A stretch of DNA of 64,000 nt from Eutreptiella sp. 'Long Island Sound 2002'. Its lineage: Eukaryota > Protista > Euglenida. A program made the translations under genes and the position numbers. This document shows positions 25,901-36,271 of this stretch, piece after piece. The DNA lies in NCBI GenBank assembly GCA_964036045.1, contig OZ038378.1, positions 3,348,001-3,412,000 of the forward strand, given 5' to 3'. Numbering within the stretch: the first letter of the stretch is position 1; every line of letters begins with the position of its first letter. The notes under the pieces are model-generated. The model saw only the letters and a list, made by a program, of their open reading frames with translations. It was not told the origin of the DNA and searched no databases.

Positions 25901-28164
25901 GCTTCTTTTTTTTTTTGTGAGCAATGTATGCATCTTTTGTTGCTGCCTAATGCTATTTGGGTAGCGGTAAAGGATATTTTTGGCTTTAATTCATTGCACG
26001 AAGCGCATTGTAGTCCCGCGGCTTGACAATGCACACATCTTTGGTCAGCACCTCCAGCATTGAATTCACAAGGCATTCTTTCAAGGTTGCAACATGGGCA
26101 GCAGATAGTTCTACAACGTTGGCACGTTGCATGTTTACCAAATTCGGAGTGCACACGCTCTTGCTGGCAAGAAGGGCAAGTGACTTTGGTGCATTGCTGG
26201 CATGTCCCTTTTGCAGTAATTTGTGATGCCATGCACTCATGTTGGCAAGAAGGACAAGTGACTTTGGTACAACGGTTGCATGTACCCCTTGCACTAATTT
26301 CGGATGCCATGCGCTCTTGTTGGCAAGAAGGGCACGTGACTTTGGTACATCGGTTGCATATACCTTTTGCACTCATTTCGGATGCCATGCGCTCTTGTTG
26401 GCAAGAAGAACAAGTGACCTTGGTGCATCGCTTGCATGTACCTTTTGAACTAATTTCGGATGCCATGCGCTCTTGTTGGCAAGAAGGGCAAGTGACCTTG
26501 GTACATCGGTTGCATGTACCTCTTGCACTCATTTCTGATGCCATACGTTCTTGTTGGCAAGAAGGGCAAGTGACCTTGGTACATCGGTTGCATGTACCCC
26601 TTGCACTCATTTCTGATGCCATGCGTTCTTGTTGGCAAGAAAGGCAAGTGACCTTGGTGCATCGTTTGCATGTACCTCTTGCCGTGATTTCTGATTCCAT
26701 GCGCTCTTGTTGGCAAGAAGGGCACGTGACCTTGGTACATCGGTTGCATGTACCTCTTGCACTAATTTCTGATTCCATGCGCTCTTGTTGGCAAGAAGGG
26801 CAAGTGACCTTGGTACATCGGTTGCATGTACCTCTTGCACTCATTTCTGATGCCATGCGTTCTTGTTCGCAAGAAGGGCAAGTGACCTTGGTGCATCGTT
26901 TGCATGTACCTCTTGCTGTGATTTCTGATTCCATGCGTTGTTGTTGGCAAGAAGGGCAAGTGACCTTGGTGCATCGGTTGCATGTACCTCTTGCACTAAT
27001 TTCGGATACCATGCGTTGTTGTTGGCAAGAAGGGCAAATGACCTTGTTTGCCACTTGTTTGTAACATTGTTTGCAACGGCGCTCTTCAAAAGGCATTTGC
27101 CACTGGGAAGGAGAAAAGCTTGGCATTGGCTTGGGGAGTCCACATCTGTTGCAAAACTTCATTTTTGTGACATCATGTGCACAATCATCACAAGTGAAAG
27201 GTGGGGGATTAGGTAGATCGGATGATGCAATATGATGGTAGTCTTGGCAACCACACTGCACACAAGTTGCAGCAACTTGCATTGAAATAAGATGCCTTGT
27301 GGTGATGTAGGTCAAAGTTTTTTCACGGAGTCTCTTTAGAAGGAATGTAGGACCAAGCGGGTCACCACGTTGGAAGATTTCCTTAGGAAAATGACGATAG
27401 ATGAGCAAATCCGAAGAGCATCGAACCCGACTAAGTGCAATATAGCACAAAATAGGGTCATCTGCTACCAAGTCTATAATGGCAGCATTCAAGGTTTGAC
27501 CTTGCGAACTATGGCTGGTAATGCCAAATGCAGGACCGATAGGAAACTGACGGCGGCTAACACTTAAAACGGGGTTCTTCTTGTTCTTATCTAGGTACCA
27601 TATCTTTGAAGTGGGAACAATCGGGTAAAGGCCGGGTCTCGTTAAGCCCGGGACTATCCAATTGGCATCCGGTACTTCAATGAAAAGCACGACGGGTACA
27701 TAATGTAGAATACGTACACCGCCTTTCTTTGGCACGGAGTTCTCACGTGGGTCTAGAATCCAACTATCAAGAAAGGCTTCTGTCCCACGTAACAAATTCT
27801 TTTGGATAGAGCGGTCAATGTGTTCGGTTAATGCAATTGGCAATCCTTGTACGAGAGGTAACATGCCATATAAGTTTGCAGTCCAACGATCATGGTATTG
27901 CAACCGACGTACACGGGTGTCCGCATCCGTTTTGGTGATGTTGTCTGTGGTTGGTCGATCAAATGCAGGACACCAAGTCAGGTGTTTTTTATTTGAAGAA
28001 GCGTAAAGAATGGCGCGTTGCTTGTTGATTGCGTATTTTAGGTCGTTTGTAGCGACAATCATTTTTGCACTAGAAAAATGGTCGGTCGTCAAGCGGGGAT
28101 CATGAGGCCCACAAAGAACGAATTGCATGAGCCATTCGTATGTCTCATTACGTAGTTTTACCAT
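25900..28164 (-). CDS. Helitron polyprotein part C: C-terminal PIF1 helicase + Stc1-like finger + 12 tandem 26-aa C4 zinc fingers
   Basis: QFPIGPAFGITSHSSQGQTL and YIALSRV helicase motifs. It joins part B by a 1-nt frameshift in the T4 run at 28156-28159. Confidence 0.85.
26110..27045 (-). repeat. Coding minisatellite, 78-bp unit x12 (KVTCPSCQQERMASEISARGTCNRCT)
   Basis: Direct reading of the ORF translation and the DNA periodicity. Confidence 0.95.
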
Positions 28165-31100
28165 GACGGCACTCTTCCAAGGCAGCTTGGAAACGAGGGT
28201 CTCCTTGAAAGCGCATGTTTTCCGTTAATTCCGTCATTCCTTGAATACCTTGGGATGCGTTGCCCCATAACAGATTTAGTCCGTGGGATGTTAGGGCATC
28301 AGGGTTCTTCTTTGTGGGCTCAACTATCATGGACGGTGGTACTGACATGAGAGAGAAGTCCTCCCCTGGAGGTGGTATTTGCCAAAAATCACCACAAAGA
28401 ATGATGTTGAACCCCCCAAAAGGACGTATTGTCCCATCCGGGTCACATTTGTATGTTCCCGCCTTTTGGGTGTGTGTGCGGAGTCGTTCCTCAAATTTTG
28501 CTAGAAGGCGAGGACTTACCATACTAATTTCGTCAATAATGATCCACCGTAGAGTGCAATGGCGTAGAAATAGGAAAGTTGATTTTTCTTTCGAGGCATC
28601 GTTCCCAAAAAGGTTCATGGCACCAAGTTGATGGAGAGTGGAACCACCAATCAAGCGTGCCATCTTCCCTTGAAAAGCCCCAATCTCAAAATGCTTGTCT
28701 TTGACATAACCAAGCAATTCAAAGAATTGAACTACTATACCCAGCGCTTTGGACTTCCCTGTGCCTGGGCCACCATGAAGCATCCAACGCAGAGGCTCAC
28801 TACTACCATGCATTCCATTGATGTCGTCACTGACTTCCTCTTTAACACGGTTAGCAACTATTTGTAGGAAGATTTGTTGACCCTTATTCAATTGTGGAAT
28901 GCAAATTGCTAGTGCAGCATCCACCTTAGAAAGGGATATTGAGGGTATGGGGTCAACAGTTGGCTCTAAATTAGTTTTGGTAGGGAATCCCTTTGAGGTG
29001 GTGGGCTCCGCACGTGCAGTGTTGCGTGCAGATTGTAGCAACTTGCGAAGGTTTGAGTATACTGGTGCGGGGCCGTTCGATTCAAAGTTGATGTTGGGCA
29101 AATTCGTGGCACGCCATGCTTCGTGGGCGAGTTTAATACCTGTTACAGAGTCCGAGGAAATTTGTTTGTCCTTCGACTCATTGGCACCTTTCTTTGCCGT
29201 TTTTGTGTTTAGTGCCGTGTCTAATTGTGTGTGATCTAGTTTCAAAGGTGGTATCGCCTTTGCTTCAGCAGAGTCTAGTATATCATCCTTGCAACGTACA
29301 CGAGAAACATAGAGAAATTGTTGGATGACTCTTTTCATGTGCAGAGTCAGTATGTTCCCAGAAACATACGCCTTCCAAGAGCTATGGAAAGCGTGTTTTG
29401 GATCACTCAGGGCATCAACATAAGGTACATGTTGCGAGGCCAAATCTTGATGCAAGCAATATGGACGGAAATACGCTGAACACACTTTGGCGGTTTGCTC
29501 TGGATCATTGTTGCGTGCCATAGGAGACCCTATCCACATGGGCACGAAGGGGCGTGGGTTGTACTCCATAACCCAAAGATGTCTAACTTTTTCTAGAGGG
29601 GGTAGATCTGGAAAGGGAATCCAAGTAGTGCCACCCGCGTTACGGATTCGGAAATGTTTACCCGGATGAAATTCATAACCTTCGCCTTCGAGCTTTTGCG
29701 TACAAATGTATGCACGCCCTTCCGACGTGAGATCAGCATGGTACTTTGGATCACCATCCGCTAGTCTTGGGTTGATAGGAAAAGACACAGGAACTAGTCT
29801 CCAACGAGACACGAACTCATAAGGGCTTAGCCAATGTACCCGTGGGTCCTTCCCACGATAGCCGTACATCATTGCCAAATCCGGAACAGCTTGTAGTGAA
29901 GCAGCTTTACGTGTGCGCGAGACCCGGAAAACACGTTTATCTGCAATTCTTTTTGTTGGGCGATTTCGATTTTTGCGTTCTAACAATGAAACAAATTTGT
30001 TCCCGGCAAAAGTGGTTGTTATTGCTGTCTTCACACACTCCGCGGCGGTCACATCATCTTTACGACGATTGCACATCAAGTTCACAACATCAACAGCTCC
30101 ACGTGCGGTGCCCCGGGCTAACGTGTCGCTCAAGAAACGTTGCGTATGACGTCTTGCAATGTATTGTATGCTATTGGGACGTTTTGTTTTTTGAAGGTCA
30201 TTGGATAAATTGTCATGCCCACGCAACCATCTAGTAATCTCCTTTGTTGCAATAGGAGTTCCTTTTGCAACATAATCAGAGAAATACCCAATGGCACTGT
30301 CTTGTGCCAATTGAAGAGCAATTTCAATTGTAGTGTTGCTTGTTGCCAGTTCGTTCAAACATGTATCTGGAGTCGTGCAAAATTTGGAATGGGTTTCTGG
30401 ACAAATGGGCAAGCGATAGAGGACTTGAACATCACTATTACAACGGAGCAAAGAGGTTAGGACTGGATGTGTGCCATTGAGCCAACTACAGTTTCGCGGC
30501 CCATGCAATGACCCTAATGCATTACGTTGACCCGTAACCTTCAACCCAAATTGACAAGCGAGTCCGTAGCACAATATGGAAGCTTCGGGCACGAGCTCCT
30601 TGTCACGGGGAAAGCGATGCTTGCAAACATTTGGTTCACCTTTACGGACACACCCTGCCAAAAGTCGACGAGCCTCTGGGTCATCAGTGTTAGCCAATGG
30701 ATGGATATGGTGGTTCCAATGTTCCAAATTTGTTTGGACTTCCTTGCAATAGTGAACGTTCCATAAATGCACCATAGCCATATCATCCGATGCTGTATCC
30801 GTAACCAATGAGCATAAAGGAGAGCGGAAAAGGAAGGAGAATGTCGAGTCATATTCCGGCCAATCATCTTCTAGTATTTTCCTGCGCATGTGAAAACCAC
30901 ATAAATCATGATATACCTCCTGACAAACGTAACTTTTGTAAGCAGTGTATTGCTTTACTAACTTTTCGCCTTCTTTTTTGATTAACAAAGAGATGTCGTG
31001 TATTGAGGAGAATTGACTCAAACATTGGGGCCATAACAAGCAGTGAATGTGTAGAACCCCTTCTTTTTGGTTCTCAATGCTCCCTAAACAAGCATCTAAC

Positions 31101-32032
31101 CTTCCAATGAATCCACCTTCGCTAGAAGCAACCGAACCAAAGATGTTTTGGCATGCCGATTTTCCCATTGGAGAGTTGCACCGTGGACAACAAAGACACA
31201 CACGAACACCAAAGATGGTGGACATTGCCAAACGCACTATAATGCGAAATGCGGACATGCAAGCCAGGGGGTCTTGGGAGAGCATGAGCTTGCGTTGTTC
31301 ATATGATGGCAAAGCCGAAATCAATGAGTCAACTGGTAATTCCAGAGATGGATGTGCATGCCCTCCCCATTGTCTCAACCATGGTTGAGCTATGCAAACC
31401 GGATCATTTTGGCTTGTCCTTGATAGGCGAAGCATGAGCGTGTTGTGTCTCTCATTGGGAGAAAATGTGACAATGAGAGGGGCTCCATAAAAAACACGGA
31501 AGGCTTGGATTTCATGTCGCATCAAGCGGCGCACCTCATGTGTGCCTTCTATGCGCGTAGAAACATTTTGTACATTTTGTAAGATGTCTCTAGCTAGGGG
31601 GGGTAAATTTGGCACAAAGGGAACTTTTGACAAGTCACCGTTTACTTGGCGAAGAGAGCCATCTTTGGTGAGGTAGCTTCCGGTCAAACTTGCTGTTATT
31701 GCTTTGCTTGCATTGCAATACTGTTCTGCTGTAATTTGCTCGGACGCCAAAGTAGTACCATCACAAAGCCTTCCTTTGAAGATGTATCGAGAAAGATTAA
31801 TCACGGATCGGAAAATCAAGTTCCACGCTGCAAACACAAAAATCCAATCCCTCCTAAATTGACCCTCAATACGACGCACTAAAGCTGCCGCGAATTGTGG
31901 GAAGTCAACTCGAGGTGCATTGGAGTCACGTCTCCATTGCGAACGATTGCGTAAATCGGGGCTACCAACACCAAAATCAAATAAGAACGCAAACGCAATT
32001 ATTATGAAGCTTGGGTGTAGTTGGTCTTGCAT
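28148..32032 (-). CDS. Helitron polyprotein part B: HUH Rep endonuclease + N-terminal half of PIF1 helicase
   Basis: Rep motifs YGAPLIVTFSPNE and SIENQKEGVLHIHCLLW (about 31032-31079). Helicase motifs LHGGPGTGKS (about 28751-28780), IIIDEISMV, PFGGFNIILCGDFWQIPP and ELTENMRF. Confidence 0.9.
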   Translation of the reverse strand: MQDQLHPSFIIIAFAFLFDFGVGSPDLRNRSQWRRDSNAPRVDFPQFAAALVRRIEGQFRRDWIFVFAAWNLIFRSVINLSRYIFKGRLCDGTTLASEQITAEQYCNASKAITASLTGSYLTKDGSLRQVNGDLSKVPFVPNLPPLARDILQNVQNVSTRIEGTHEVRRLMRHEIQAFRVFYGAPLIVTFSPNERHNTLMLRLSRTSQNDPVCIAQPWLRQWGGHAHPSLELPVDSLISALPSYEQRKLMLSQDPLACMSAFRIIVRLAMSTIFGVRVCLCCPRCNSPMGKSACQNIFGSVASSEGGFIGRLDACLGSIENQKEGVLHIHCLLWPQCLSQFSSIHDISLLIKKEGEKLVKQYTAYKSYVCQEVYHDLCGFHMRRKILEDDWPEYDSTFSFLFRSPLCSLVTDTASDDMAMVHLWNVHYCKEVQTNLEHWNHHIHPLANTDDPEARRLLAGCVRKGEPNVCKHRFPRDKELVPEASILCYGLACQFGLKVTGQRNALGSLHGPRNCSWLNGTHPVLTSLLRCNSDVQVLYRLPICPETHSKFCTTPDTCLNELATSNTTIEIALQLAQDSAIGYFSDYVAKGTPIATKEITRWLRGHDNLSNDLQKTKRPNSIQYIARRHTQRFLSDTLARGTARGAVDVVNLMCNRRKDDVTAAECVKTAITTTFAGNKFVSLLERKNRNRPTKRIADKRVFRVSRTRKAASLQAVPDLAMMYGYRGKDPRVHWLSPYEFVSRWRLVPVSFPINPRLADGDPKYHADLTSEGRAYICTQKLEGEGYEFHPGKHFRIRNAGGTTWIPFPDLPPLEKVRHLWVMEYNPRPFVPMWIGSPMARNNDPEQTAKVCSAYFRPYCLHQDLASQHVPYVDALSDPKHAFHSSWKAYVSGNILTLHMKRVIQQFLYVSRVRCKDDILDSAEAKAIPPLKLDHTQLDTALNTKTAKKGANESKDKQISSDSVTGIKLAHEAWRATNLPNINFESNGPAPVYSNLRKLLQSARNTARAEPTTSKGFPTKTNLEPTVDPIPSISLSKVDAALAICIPQLNKGQQIFLQIVANRVKEEVSDDINGMHGSSEPLRWMLHGGPGTGKSKALGIVVQFFELLGYVKDKHFEIGAFQGKMARLIGGSTLHQLGAMNLFGNDASKEKSTFLFLRHCTLRWIIIDEISMVSPRLLAKFEERLRTHTQKAGTYKCDPDGTIRPFGGFNIILCGDFWQIPPPGEDFSLMSVPPSMIVEPTKKNPDALTSHGLNLLWGNASQGIQGMTELTENMRFQGDPRFQAALEECRHGKTT

Positions 32033-32140
32033 GGTGGTTCCTGTTCGAATGCAAAAAGAATCAATGCTGTCTTGCAGTGTCTCACTATCAACTGGCTCAT
32101 CACCAGTGGTGTTAGTTGGTTTGTCCCCACCCTGGCTTCT

Positions 32141-35100
32141 TTATGTAGAAACATGTGTCTTCGTGGAATCCACACTTTGCATTTCATATTCTTGCCCCGA
32201 CATGGCACTTATATGCGAAGAAAGGTTTGGAGGACTAGAACTTATGCTTTCCACTTCATCCTCGTCTGATGACATGTCATCTTTCGCGGTAGGGAACTTC
32301 AAGGCTTCTTCAACGGATTGGATACGATGTATACGTTGTTCATTGATGTCAACGGCGGAATTGGAGTATCTATCCAATTGCACGCCGTTGACATGGGACA
32401 GAAATATGTTGCCATCAATGGAGCGTCCGTGCTCGTGAGGTAACGCGGCCTTTCCGTCATGAAGGTCAGGGCCATTCTTGTGAGGCACTATGACCCGTAT
32501 GATCTCGGGAGGGATGCCATCAACCGGAAGGAGTGTTGATCGTTGTTCAACATCAACCATATTTATACCCACGTACGCGGGGTGGTTGCGCTCAATCATA
32601 CATGCTATCAAGTGTACGACCACAGCACGACGCACGCGCCCGTGCTGTACAACTAATTGCGTGTCATCTTGAGTGTGGCTTTCGACAACCACTTGCACGA
32701 GGCCAGCCAAATCCTCACCTAATCTGGGTAAATGATTCCTTCCACCATTTTGGGAAAATGTTTGGAGGACTTCCTCCCATGGCAGAGAAAAACAAGTGAC
32801 ATTTCCCTTTGCGCCAAGGCGTGTGTTTGACAAATGAGCTAAACTTGAGCCACTTACTCGGTCATTGAACCTTTGTAATGTCAAGCTCAACATTGCAGTG
32901 TTCACTGGACTGGCACACAACAATTCAATGTATGTAACTTGGTGCTCATAGATGTACTCATTAATGTACCCTATCCACATTTCATTTGCCAAAGCAAATG
33001 GAAGCATTTTTGGGCGTGGTCGGGATAATTCATCGGAGCAAGATGCACATATTGGCAATTCACATTTTGGACACAAGGGGCAATTCATGTCGTGTATGCC
33101 ACATGCATTACGAGGACATGCAACACAACGACGATCTTCGGGACAACATAGGACTTGAATAATTCCATCTGTGAAAGGAACATTCAGGCACCATTTGGTT
33201 TGTACTTGTTGTCTCATGCCACTGTCTTTGGTTCCGTAGGCATTGAAATATGTGGTGAGACCAAGTAATCTCTCGGTGTCTTCTTTGCACATCCCAAAAA
33301 AGGATCCTCCATTGTTGGAGTCCAATGGGGAATGCCATTGAATTGGTGGCCTTCCATGACATTCAAAATCCACACTATGAATTTGTGCACAAATGCTGCA
33401 TACGAGTGACATAATGTTTTCATCTCGGTAGCGCCGCGCGAATGAAACAGCAATGCGACGGTCAATTGCAAAACCAACCAAGGGCATGCGCTGACGTTCA
33501 ATGTGGGCAATGGCTTCTTGGTACAAATGGTATGCATCTTGCATCGTGATACAAGCATGTGATAATTCGTCAACGTGGGCAAAAGATGCTTTGTGGTGGC
33601 CCGTCACATGCTCGATTAAGCTAGCTTCGTCATCTCCTTGCCACGTGCAACCACGAAAAGCACAATGCTTTTGTGGTAGAACAATTCCGTTTGATTTCAA
33701 TTCATCCAAACAATTTTGGAAAGCCCATGGTATTGTGGGAAATGGCGACAATTCGGCAGATAAAACGCCAATGAAGCATTCCACTTTAGCCAGTGGGGAT
33801 GGTGATAGCGGTGAAGGAAGGGTTGCTAGCATAGTGGTGAATTGAAAGTCGGATGTTTGATCCGCATTAGCTGGTGACCCCGGCCTAGTATTGGGCACAG
33901 ACATTTGTGTATCTCCACTTTCATTTGAGTCATTGGATGTGGTTTTTGTGCAATGCGACTTGCTGGAACAAGTATCATCTTGATCATTGCAAGTGTCATT
34001 GGATTCATCAGACACGTGTTCAGCCGCACTCATTGCGCAGTCATGCATTGACTCATCATCCCCATGTCGGCTTTCTTGACCAGTGCAATTATCACTGAAC
34101 ATGTTGGACATGTGCTCAGTTGCACTGAATGTGCAATCATGTACCGATTCACAATCCTTGTTGGACATTTGCTCAAGTGCACTCATACCTTTGTCACTTG
34201 GATGGGCATTGTTCAAATCTTGAATTGTGGTTTTGAACATATACATGTATGGTGTGAAGTCGTCATTGTTCAGAAGCCATTGATTGGGCGCCTCAACAAG
34301 TGTGACACCTTCATCGTCACAGGCGTACCACAAACCTTTCCGTTGAGTCAAGCACACATAATGACCCGACAAGGTAGAGCTACCGCGGTGTAAGATGATA
34401 CTCATCAACTGCAAATGCAACACCTTATTTGGTGAGCCTACGGAACAATCTTCAATAGTAAAATGTGATGGGCACCCATAAAAACATTGTAGCTTTGAAG
34501 GTTGTTGAGTAGCTGCATTGAAAGTGAACAAGGACAAATGTATCATGATATATTGCGATGCCGTTATCAGTTGCTTTCGACGCTTCAAGCACGCCATTCC
34601 CGAACAAGCCGTACAATTTCCAACATTACTTTCTGTGGCAAATAAACTTTGCATGGCACCTTGTAAACCTTGTGTATTACTTACACCGACCGTCCAAGAA
34701 GAAATGTCGATGCATACTTGTAAATTGCCATATTGACAATTTGAGCATGAAATGGAATGTAAAACTTGGCTGCCTACTTTGGACATTGCTTGTGGTACAA
34801 AGGGGAATTCAAGAGTCGACGCCTCTGCTTCAGTGCGAACGTCTGCACTTTGCAATGGTAATACAAGGTTCCAAATCCACGCGAATAGCAAGCCCAGAAA
34901 TTCATGCACATCTTGTTGCCGGTTGTGTGTTGGATGGAAATGAACTAAGTACTCCGCAGCATGGGCAACATGAATTCGCAATTGTTGGTGACAATCATCA
35001 TTATTACCAAACGTGTATGGCGATTTGGGTGGCAGTTCTCCATTACCACATTCCATCAAAGCAATCAAAAGGTGTTCCACTGCAAGACGGATTTGAGAGT

Positions 35101-35227
35101 CTGTCTTATTGGATTCCAAGTCACTGCTCACAGAATCAACAAAAAGTGGGATTGTGCCAAGGAATTGGAGACTGGATGCCGCAAAGCAGCTGTTGTTCAT
35201 CCAAACTAGTCCATAATGCGCTGTCAT
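32141..35227 (-). CDS. Helitron polyprotein part A: USP/peptidase C19 domain, low-complexity linker, C2H2 finger, Cys cluster, DUF6570-like region
   Basis: Cys box GLVWMNNSCFAASSLQFL, QQDVHEFL, His box IILHRGSSTLSGHYVC...WYACDD, C2H2 CAFRGC...LIEHVTGHH, then FALANEMWIG...GNVTCF...VRRAVVVHLI. It is in the same frame as part B and separated from it by one TAA (32141-32143). Confidence 0.8.
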   Translation of the reverse strand: MTAHYGLVWMNNSCFAASSLQFLGTIPLFVDSVSSDLESNKTDSQIRLAVEHLLIALMECGNGELPPKSPYTFGNNDDCHQQLRIHVAHAAEYLVHFHPTHNRQQDVHEFLGLLFAWIWNLVLPLQSADVRTEAEASTLEFPFVPQAMSKVGSQVLHSISCSNCQYGNLQVCIDISSWTVGVSNTQGLQGAMQSLFATESNVGNCTACSGMACLKRRKQLITASQYIMIHLSLFTFNAATQQPSKLQCFYGCPSHFTIEDCSVGSPNKVLHLQLMSIILHRGSSTLSGHYVCLTQRKGLWYACDDEGVTLVEAPNQWLLNNDDFTPYMYMFKTTIQDLNNAHPSDKGMSALEQMSNKDCESVHDCTFSATEHMSNMFSDNCTGQESRHGDDESMHDCAMSAAEHVSDESNDTCNDQDDTCSSKSHCTKTTSNDSNESGDTQMSVPNTRPGSPANADQTSDFQFTTMLATLPSPLSPSPLAKVECFIGVLSAELSPFPTIPWAFQNCLDELKSNGIVLPQKHCAFRGCTWQGDDEASLIEHVTGHHKASFAHVDELSHACITMQDAYHLYQEAIAHIERQRMPLVGFAIDRRIAVSFARRYRDENIMSLVCSICAQIHSVDFECHGRPPIQWHSPLDSNNGGSFFGMCKEDTERLLGLTTYFNAYGTKDSGMRQQVQTKWCLNVPFTDGIIQVLCCPEDRRCVACPRNACGIHDMNCPLCPKCELPICASCSDELSRPRPKMLPFALANEMWIGYINEYIYEHQVTYIELLCASPVNTAMLSLTLQRFNDRVSGSSLAHLSNTRLGAKGNVTCFSLPWEEVLQTFSQNGGRNHLPRLGEDLAGLVQVVVESHTQDDTQLVVQHGRVRRAVVVHLIACMIERNHPAYVGINMVDVEQRSTLLPVDGIPPEIIRVIVPHKNGPDLHDGKAALPHEHGRSIDGNIFLSHVNGVQLDRYSNSAVDINEQRIHRIQSVEEALKFPTAKDDMSSDEDEVESISSSPPNLSSHISAMSGQEYEMQSVDSTKTHVST

Positions 35228-35559
35228 TCTTAATGGACTGGATGGTAGTCGGTCAATCGAAGATCAAGGCAAAGTTGACAGAAAAGTGCAAGAGCACCCT
35301 AAGACAAAGATCCTGAAAGAACAAAAGACACAATGCATGATAAACATTCTCGAGCAATGAACGATGAGCGAAGGGTGGGGGAACACAAGTTAATTTAAGG
35401 TAAATATCATGCAACCTTCTTTGGAATGCCTTTGGGATTATTTGGGTCTACCTATTGGGTGCAGTGATCACATACGGCAAGCACTCAAACTCATCAAACA
35501 GCAAAGGGGAATGAAGTTCAAAGTTAAGTGCCCCATGTCATCTACGTATTGAGGTCTTA

Positions 35560-36030
35560 TGTGTCCTATAGGTCTTATATCGTAAATAGGAGGTAGAGGT
35601 GTTATAGCTCTTACAAGTTATGTAAATGCCATACGCCCTGTTGGTGCTGTAGGTGCTATAGGTGTAATAGGCCCGGTACTTGTGATAGGTTGTGTACGTC
35701 CTGTATGTCCTACATCTCCTATAGGTTTAATAGGTCCCGTAGGTTTTTAGGTGCTACATGTCATATAGGTGGGTGGGTGTCATTGGTGCCATAGGTTGTT
35801 TTGGTCATATGAGTCCCACACGTTGCATAGGTGCTATAGAGCCTATGGGTGATATGGGTCTTATAGGTACAATAGGTAATATAAAGCCTCCACGCGTAGT
35901 ACACATGGGGTCATAGGTGAAGGGCCTCGTCCTCCTAGTTGAGTATCTTATAGGTACAATAGGTAATATAAATCCTCCACGCGCAATACACATGGGGTCA
36001 TAGGTGAAGGGCCTCGTCCTCACAGTTGGG
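35560..36030. repeat. Degenerate ATAGGT-rich low-complexity tract with an 87-bp tandem duplication, in the Helitron 5' non-coding region
   Basis: CTTATAGGTACAATAGGTAATATAAA...GGGCCTCGTCCTC occurs at about 35860-35934 and 35947-36021. Confidence 0.7.
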
Positions 36031-36271
36031 TATCCGGCCTACCAGGTTAACCTTCATAATTTTGCACCGGTCCCTAATGAGAACACTTTGATGGTGTAGT
36101 TAACAAAATAAAAAAGGCCTCATGGCACGCAACCTAGTGAAATATGCATATCCATAATATGCCACAAAAAAGAGTGTTCTTATTAGGGATGACAGAGGGT
36201 TAGCTCGAATGGTGGTGCGAGCTTCGCAATGTGGATCTCAGGACATTGCCATATAGCCACAAGTGTTCACA

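Larger units (their letters stand above)
25160..36230 (-). mobile_element. Autonomous-type Helitron2/Helentron-like rolling-circle transposon, ~11 kb (boundaries inferred)
   Basis: Rep and PIF1 helicase domains lie in one reading path. An 11-bp asymmetric inverted repeat (36219-36229 vs 25182-25192) has a small hairpin at each end. Confidence 0.8.

Noticed and set aside
29914-29924. GTGCGCGAG half-site of the 20-bp palindrome inside the Helitron ORF
   Set aside because: It is a 9-bp coding match only, which is expected by chance in 64 kb.
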